A DNA stretch of 64,000 nucleotides from Cytophagales bacterium (GTDB lineage: Bacteria > Bacteroidota > Bacteroidia > Cytophagales > Cyclobacteriaceae), in contig JBBINY010000007.1 in the NCBI GenBank assembly GCA_037443645.1, forward strand, positions 3,450-67,449, in the 5' to 3' direction. The notes beneath the pieces are model-generated. The model searched no databases. It saw only the letters and a program-made list of their open reading frames with translations, and was not told the DNA's origin. How positions within the stretch are numbered: the first letter of the stretch is position 1; each line of letters begins with the position of its first letter. A program made the translations under genes and the position numbers. Of the stretch, positions 59,501 through 64,000 are shown in pieces.

Positions 59501-59742
59501 TGTGTCTGTAATCCGATGAATGAAAATACAAGTACTCCACCGCTCGATGGAACTCCGGATAACCGGTAATTCCCGTCCGAATCGGTAACGGTACCAGTAC
59601 TGGTTCCCTTCAGAACCACGTTTACACCGGGTAAGGCTGTCCCATCCTCAACAGATGTAACCTTTCCGGTAATCGTTCGCTCCTGAGCCCACACCTGGAA
59701 CCCAAGAACCAACGAGAAGCTTAGTAGTAAAAACTTCTTCAT
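56545..59742 (-). CDS. SusC/RagA family TonB-linked outer membrane protein
   Basis: 1065 aa. Signal peptide, carboxypeptidase-regulatory-like domain (ITGKVTSVEDGTALPGVNVVLKGTSTGTVTDSDGNYRL), plug and 22-strand barrel, C-terminal ...YGVSLRITL. No STN signalling domain. Confidence 0.9.
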   Translation of the reverse strand: MKKFLLLSFSLVLGFQVWAQERTITGKVTSVEDGTALPGVNVVLKGTSTGTVTDSDGNYRLSGVPSSGGVLVFSFIGLQTQEVAVGERSVVNVNMTSDVTQLSEVVVTAMGAQTEKRAVGYAVSTVSGEQVAQKAESDIGRLLTGKIPGVNITSTGGVSGTGTNIVIRGYTTISGSNQPLFVVDGVPFNTSTNAQGDFAGGGLGTSSRFLDLDPNNIENISVLKGLAAAVLYGEQGKKGVILVTTKNGSKKARNFGIDVSQSVFFNKIASIPTYQDNYGNGFDQNFGFFFSNWGPRFPGSGGTGLFGPDSVQHPFDRLADPTLYSQFPEYHGKQYAYKAYADPTNFFRTGVVSTTSLNIGGSRDNVSYNANFSYTNEEGFLPGNTLTKINGGVGINANVTSKFNINTTMNVATTDMETPPLSTGNGSGASGSGISVFADVLYTPRSIDLMGLPFEAPNDHRSVYYRSGNDIQNPRWTAKYSRQTDFVNRFYGQSSFTYSITDDFNFLYRIGLDRYDEFQEYWSNRGGVQGVISQQGVYRTVSASNTIWNHDFIATYNRNLNESMSLNLVAGGQIRQDRYAQDGIESQNQVVFGLINHNNFINHAAVSFNGAQLQYEEENIRQGLYAQATLAYNDYLYVNLAGRNDWSSTLEEANRSLFYPSASVSFVPTTAFGIESDNLNFLKVRVGYGTSAGFPSPYSTRNTLFSDARAFVDANGNVLTVNAASTRLGNPNLKPELQKEFEAGVEAQLFNKKLGIDLTLYTRDTEDLITDAPLDPSTGFGVTRINIGKLNTKGIELALTATPVRLNNGFQWDIVANWSLYRSVVEELGGGLEQVQIAGFSDIGNWAIVGKPFNVIQGSKIERLNGERVVDSNGDWLFSDDIGIIGDPNPDWTSTLINTFSWKGLTLSAQLEYRYGGDIYSTTTRTMLARGISKDTDFDRDQTVILPGVLQDGTPNNIQTSIGTAFFNNIGFGPTEVSIYDGTTIRLREISLGYAIPASILGKTPIRSASISLLGQNLWYKAVNFPKYMNFDTDVLSTGVGNGLGLEFLTGPTSRRYGVSLRITL

Positions 59743-59881
59743 AGAAATTGGTTTAGGTTAATACGAATTCCAAATTAAACTAAAAATTTAATTGAAAGGG
59801 GGGAAAATCCTCCTTTCTTTCAACCCCCTGTGTTGCACTAATTAGTTGAACTAAGAACTGCTTTAATCATACGTACCTAAA

Positions 59882-59909
59882 CAAAAAGCCCCTGGGGAAC
59901 CCCAAGGGC
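59882..59909 (-). terminator. rho-independent terminator after rplU-rpmA
   Basis: Minus strand: GCCCTTGGGG-tt-CCCCAGGGGC (inner pairs probably open to a 4-nt loop) followed by TTTTTGTTT. Lies 38 nt after the rpmA stop. Confidence 0.7.
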
Positions 59910-59947
59910 ACATTATGTAACCAAAAATTCCCGCTGTATTGTATCCG

Positions 59948-60211
59948 CTAAGCCATTGCCTTTGGCTCAACCGATACAAACGAACGGTTTTCGCGGCCTT
60001 TCTTAAAAACAACCACTCCGTTGGTTAAGGCAAACAGGGTATGGTCTTTACCGATTCCAACATTTTTACCGGGGTGATGCTTTGTGCCCCGCTGCCGAAC
60101 AATGATGTTGCCGGCTATTACCTGCTGGCCGCCAAACACCTTAATGCCCAGGCGTTTGCTTTCCGATTCGCGTCCGTTCTTTACTTTACCTTCTCCTTTT
60201 TTATGTGCCAT
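59948..60211 (-). CDS. rpmA: 50S ribosomal protein L27
   Basis: 87 aa; [22 protein letters not shown]... is canonical L27. Confidence 0.95.
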   Translation of the reverse strand: MAHKKGEGKVKNGRESESKRLGIKVFGGQQVIAGNIIVRQRGTKHHPGKNVGIGKDHTLFALTNGVVVFKKGRENRSFVSVEPKAMA

Positions 60212-60223
60212 TTTCTTAAATCT

Positions 60224-60532
60224 TTAACCAATCTTCTCAATCAATACCTTAGTAAACTGCTGGCGGTGGCCGTTTTTAACAACATAACCCTTTCTGCGCT
60301 TCTTTTTAAAAACGGTAACCTTGTCGCCTTTAACGTGCTCCATAATCTTACCCGATACCGACACACCCTTTACCGTTGGTGACCCTACATCCACTTTCCC
60401 GTCTTTATCCACCAATAATACCTCCTTAAAGGTAACAGCCGAACCGGCCTCGCCATTAAGTTTCGGAGCATAGATATATTGATCTTTTGCCACTTTAAAC
60501 TGCTTTCCGGCCACATCAACAATTGCATACAT
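60224..60532 (-). CDS. rplU: 50S ribosomal protein L21
   Basis: ATG at 60532 chosen ([14 protein letters not shown]...). 102 aa, canonical L21. Confidence 0.95.
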   Translation of the reverse strand: MYAIVDVAGKQFKVAKDQYIYAPKLNGEAGSAVTFKEVLLVDKDGKVDVGSPTVKGVSVSGKIMEHVKGDKVTVFKKKRRKGYVVKNGHRQQFTKVLIEKIG

Positions 60533-60552
60533 AGCTTTAAAAAATTGGACTG

Positions 60553-60560
60553 CAAAGGTA
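60553..60560 (-). promoter_or_regulatory. -7 promoter box (TACCTTTG on minus strand) for rplU-rpmA
   Basis: Exact TAnnTTTG match 20 nt upstream of the rplU ATG. Confidence 0.5.
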
Positions 60561-60973
60561 AAAAAAGTACGCATATTATAGCACCAGGCACCATGGAATT
60601 TCCCATACAAGCCCTAAATCAACTGGATTTACACTTTGAAAATATTTCTGAATTTTTTTAACCCTCGGGTTAACATCACATAAGGCCATAACAAAGGCCA
60701 ATCAAACGGCTAAAACCCAATCATTTATCAATCCTAAAAAGCCGAAAATTTCAGTTAAAAACGCAATTTTTCAAAAAAGCAAGCCCTTTGAATTATTGGC
60801 TTCATTTCAAATATTTGTACGCATTCAAAAACAAGCCGCGTCAGAAGTACATCTTCCGGCCCGGTATACTAACTGAAGCAATTTTTTCACCTGGTGAAGT
60901 CAGTCTGATTCCCAAATTGAGGGAAAGGATGCCTTTTCACCCTAACTGAGAACAACCCTAAAACCCACATACC

Positions 60974-61960
60974 ATGAGCAATACGCTACGGGAGCCCATT
61001 TTGATTGAGAATAAAGACCGGTTTGTACTCTTCCCTATCCGCCACCATGATATCTGGAAATTCTACAAACAAGCCGAAGCCAGCTTCTGGACCGCTGAAG
61101 AAATCGACCTGAGCCAGGATCTTACCGACTGGGAAAACCTGAATGATGGCGAGCGCCATTTCATCAAACATGTGCTTGCCTTTTTTGCTGCCAGCGATGG
61201 AATTGTAAACGAAAACCTTGCTGAGCATTTTGTATCTGAAGTACAATACACGGAGGCAAAGTTTTTCTATGGCTTTCAGATAGCCATAGAAAATATCCAC
61301 TCCGAGACCTATTCCTTACTGATCGACACGTATGTGAAGGATCCCAAAGAGAAAGACTTGCTCTTTCACGCCATCGAAACCATGGACTGCGTGAAGCGGA
61401 AGGCCGACTGGGCTTTGCGGTGGATTGAAAAAGGAAATTTTCAGGAACGACTCATCGCCTTTGCTGCTGTTGAAGGAATATTTTTTTCCGGATCATTCTG
61501 CTCCATCTTTTGGCTGAAAAAACGCGGCCTGATGCCCGGACTGAGCTTTTCAAATGAGCTGATCTCCAGGGATGAAGGCCTGCATTGCGATTTTGCATGC
61601 CATATTTACACCAAGCACGTGGTGAATAAACTGCCCGAAGAAACGGTAATTGCCGTGATCAAAGATGCCGTGGAAATCGAGAAAGAATTTGTGACCGATG
61701 CCTTGCCCGTAAACCTGATCGGTATGAATGCCGAACTTATGCGCCAGTATATTGAGTTTGTGGCCGACCGGCTGCTCCATGAACTCATAGGCAAAAAAGT
61801 GTACGGAGCCACCAATCCGTTCGATTTTATGGACATGATTTCGCTGCGCGGAAAAACCAATTTCTTCGAAAAGCGGGTAGCGGAGTACCAGAAAGCCGGG
61901 GTAATGAACAGTTCGGAGAAAGAAACCACTCCGAAATTTTCCTTGAACGAGGATTTTTAA
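60974..61960 (+). CDS. nrdB: class Ia ribonucleotide reductase beta subunit (R2)
   Basis: 328 aa. Di-iron/tyrosyl-radical ligand regions ([43 protein letters not shown]). C-terminal tail ends ...SLNEDF. Confidence 0.95.
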   Translation: MSNTLREPILIENKDRFVLFPIRHHDIWKFYKQAEASFWTAEEIDLSQDLTDWENLNDGERHFIKHVLAFFAASDGIVNENLAEHFVSEVQYTEAKFFYGFQIAIENIHSETYSLLIDTYVKDPKEKDLLFHAIETMDCVKRKADWALRWIEKGNFQERLIAFAAVEGIFFSGSFCSIFWLKKRGLMPGLSFSNELISRDEGLHCDFACHIYTKHVVNKLPEETVIAVIKDAVEIEKEFVTDALPVNLIGMNAELMRQYIEFVADRLLHELIGKKVYGATNPFDFMDMISLRGKTNFFEKRVAEYQKAGVMNSSEKETTPKFSLNEDF

Positions 61961-62011
61961 TTACCTTCATCACACTTTTTACATTTTTTAAACTAAACAA
62001 CCCTAGTCTAC

Positions 62012-64000
62012 ATGCTTGTCCTAAAAAGAGACGGACACCGTGAGTCCGTAAAGTTCGACAAAATCACCGCCCGCATTGAAAGACTCTGCTATGGCCTTGA
62101 CCTGAAGTACGTAAGCCCGGTAGAGGTTGCCATGAAGGTGATCAATGGTTTGTACGATGGCGTTTCGACCGTGGAGTTGGACATTCTGGCTGCCGAAACA
62201 GCAGCAACCCTCACCACCAAGCACCCCGATTACGCCAAGCTGGCTGCCCGCCTGGCTATTTCCAATCTGCACAAGGTTACCAGCAAGTCGTTCTCCAGCA
62301 CCATGAAGCGGCTGTATACCTATGTGGATCCGAAGACCGGTGAAAATGCCCCGCTGATTTCAAAAGATACCTGGCGGGTAATCCACCAGCATGCAGCCGA
62401 ACTGGACGAGGCCATTATTTACGATCGCGATTTCGGGTACGACTTTTTCGGATTTAAAACCCTGGAGCGCTCCTACCTCATGAAAATTGACGGCAAGGTG
62501 ATTGAACGCCCGCAGCACATGCTCATGCGGGTTGCCGTGGGTATTCATGGCGAAGATATTCCGGCTGCTATCGAAACTTATAATCTGCTATCAGAAAAAT
62601 GGTTTACGCATGCTACTCCTACACTCTTTAATGCAGGTACACCAAAGCCGCAACTCTCTTCATGCTTCCTGCTCACCATGCAGGGCGACAGCATTGATGG
62701 CATCTACGACACCCTCAAGCAATGTGCAAAAATTTCACAGTCGGCAGGAGGAATCGGCCTGAGCATACACAACATTCGCGCAAAAGGCTCTTATATTAAA
62801 GGAACTGGCGGAACATCAAACGGCATCGTGCCGATGTTGCGCAACTTTGACATGACCGCCCGCTACGTTGATCAGGGAGGTGGCAAGCGCAAAGGAAGTT
62901 TTGCCATTTACCTTGAACCGTGGCATGCCGATATTTTTGATTTCCTCAACCTGAAAAAGAACCACGGTAAAGAAGAAATGCGGGCACGCGATTTATTCTA
63001 TGCGCTGTGGATTTCCGACCTCTTTATGAAGCGCGTGGAGAGCAACGACATGTGGTCGTTATTCTGCCCGAATGAAGCCCCCGGACTGGCTGACGTATGG
63101 GGCGAAGAATTTGAGCGCCTCTATGAAAAATATGAAAAAGAAGGCAAGTACCGCAAGCAGATAAAGGCGCAAGACCTGTGGTTCGAAATTCTTGAATCAC
63201 AAATTGAAACAGGTACCCCTTATATTTTGTATAAAGATTCTGCCAACAGGAAATCAAACCAGAAAAACCTGGGCACTATTAAGTCCAGCAACCTGTGCAC
63301 AGAAATTATTGAATATACCTCGAAGGATGAGGTAGCCGTTTGTAACCTGGCTTCATTGGCCCTGCCAAAATTCGTAACCGAAGAAGGTAAATTCGATCAC
63401 CAGCGGTTGTATGAAATCACCAAAGTGGTTACCCGCAACCTCAACAAGGTTATCGACATCAACTATTACCCGGTTGAAGAAGCACGTAATTCCAATATGC
63501 GCCATCGCCCGATCGGACTGGGTGTACAAGGGCTTGCGGATGTGTTCATTATGTTGCGCATGCCTTTTGATTCTGATGAGGCCCGCAGGCTGAATGAGGA
63601 TATCTTTGAAACCATTTACTTCGGTGCTATGGAAGCCTCCATGGAATTAGCCCGGCAACATGGCTCGTATGAGACGTTTAAAGGCTCACCCGTTTCGAAA
63701 GGAATCTTTCAGTTCGATATGTGGGGCGTAACTCCGAAGAGCGGCCGGTGGAATTGGGAACAACTGAAGCAAGAAGTTAAAAAACATGGCGTGCGCAATT
63801 CCTTGCTGCTTGCGCCAATGCCTACGGCTTCCACATCGCAGATTCTCGGCAATAACGAATGTTTCGAGCCGTACACATCAAACATCTATACCCGCAGAAC
63901 ACTTTCCGGTGAATTCATCATCGCCAACAAGCATTTGATGAAAGACCTGATTGAGCTTGGCCTGTGGAATGAAACCATGCGGCAGAAACTTATCGCCACC
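62012..64000 (+). CDS. nrdA: class Ia ribonucleotide reductase alpha subunit (R1), N-terminal 663 codons; continues past the window end
   Basis: Manual translation from the ATG at 62012: [25 protein letters not shown]... (ATP-cone). Open in frame to position 64000, with R1 motifs (SCFL, NLCTEI). Absent from the ORF track because it has no stop in the window. Confidence 0.93.
   Translation, partial: MLVLKRDGHRESVKFDKITARIERLCYGLDLKYVSPVEVAMKVINGLYDGVSTVELDILAAETAATLTTKHPDYAKLAARLAISNLHKVTSKSFSSTMKRLYTYVDPKTGENAPLISKDTWRVIHQHAAELDEAIIYDRDFGYDFFGFKTLERSYLMKIDGKVIERPQHMLMRVAVGIHGEDIPAAIETYNLLSEKWFTHATPTLFNAGTPKPQLSSCFLLTMQGDSIDGIYDTLKQCAKISQSAGGIGLSIHNIRAKGSYIKGTGGTSNGIVPMLRNFDMTARYVDQGGGKRKGSFAIYLEPWHADIFDFLNLKKNHGKEEMRARDLFYALWISDLFMKRVESNDMWSLFCPNEAPGLADVWGEEFERLYEKYEKEGKYRKQIKAQDLWFEILESQIETGTPYILYKDSANRKSNQKNLGTIKSSNLCTEIIEYTSKDEVAVCNLASLALPKFVTEEGKFDHQRLYEITKVVTRNLNKVIDINYYPVEEARNSNMRHRPIGLGVQGLADVFIMLRMPFDSDEARRLNEDIFETIYFGAMEASMELARQHGSYETFKGSPVSKGIFQFDMWGVTPKSGRWNWEQLKQEVKKHGVRNSLLLAPMPTASTSQILGNNECFEPYTSNIYTRRTLSGEFIIANKHLMKDLIELGLWNETMRQKLIAT

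Noticed and set aside
59790-59830. AAAGGAGG (strong Shine-Dalgarno-like string on the minus strand) and an AGGGGG/CCCCCT pairing in the SusC leader, considered as a small-ORF ribosome-binding site.
   Set aside because: No start codon follows within a sensible distance. Bacteroidota largely do not use Shine-Dalgarno-led initiation, so this is at most an uncharacterised leader structure.
60823-60973. Possible cobalamin (AdoCbl) riboswitch upstream of nrdB, suggested by GGTGAAGTCAG and GAGGGAAAGG strings.
   Set aside because: The elements are in the wrong order relative to the riboswitch consensus as I recall it. No B12-box-like (GCCACTG-type) sequence or long P1 pairing is visible. It needs an Infernal scan before any claim.

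Overview
Densely packed chromosomal window (about 59 protein-coding genes) from a Bacteroidota genome, probably Cytophagia/Sphingobacteriia-like. That placement is inferred from the SusC/SusD pair, recurrent TAnnTTTG -7 promoter boxes, nrdB-nrdA order, an 81-aa ATP synthase epsilon and a long-tailed S16. Most of the content is core housekeeping: upp, hpt, adk, obg, grpE-dnaJ, atpDC, prfC, dnaK, lysC, gdh, anmK, an envelope cluster (beta-barrel OMP, TPR protein, LptC-like, GldE-like, PpiD-like), rsmI, sucA-sucB-lpd, rpsP-rimM-trmD-rplS, fbaB, accD, rplU-rpmA and nrdBA. I recognised no rRNA, tRNA, CRISPR array, transposase, integrase or prophage gene. The only clearly accessory stretch is about 49.3-59.7 kb. 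It holds a 5'-truncated FtsX-permease relic, a translationally coupled CHR-family transporter / PAPS-type sulfotransferase / exported ASST-type arylsulfotransferase cassette, and an enzyme-less, regulator-less SusC/SusD/lipoprotein locus. The cassette is the best candidate here for an undescribed sulfation or sulfuryl-transfer module. Secondary observations: a DnaJ retaining only two of the four CxxCxGxG zinc-finger repeats; a shared CTGGCACACC / sigma-54-like motif upstream of both chaperone operons; -7 boxes 6-8 nt from start codons (predicted leaderless mRNAs); hairpin-T-tract elements butted against downstream start codons; an unannotated 51-aa membrane ORF; and a radical SAM/SPASM gene convergent with a small Cys-rich membrane peptide. 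All functional calls come from reading the translated ORFs and recalling family hallmarks. No database search was run.
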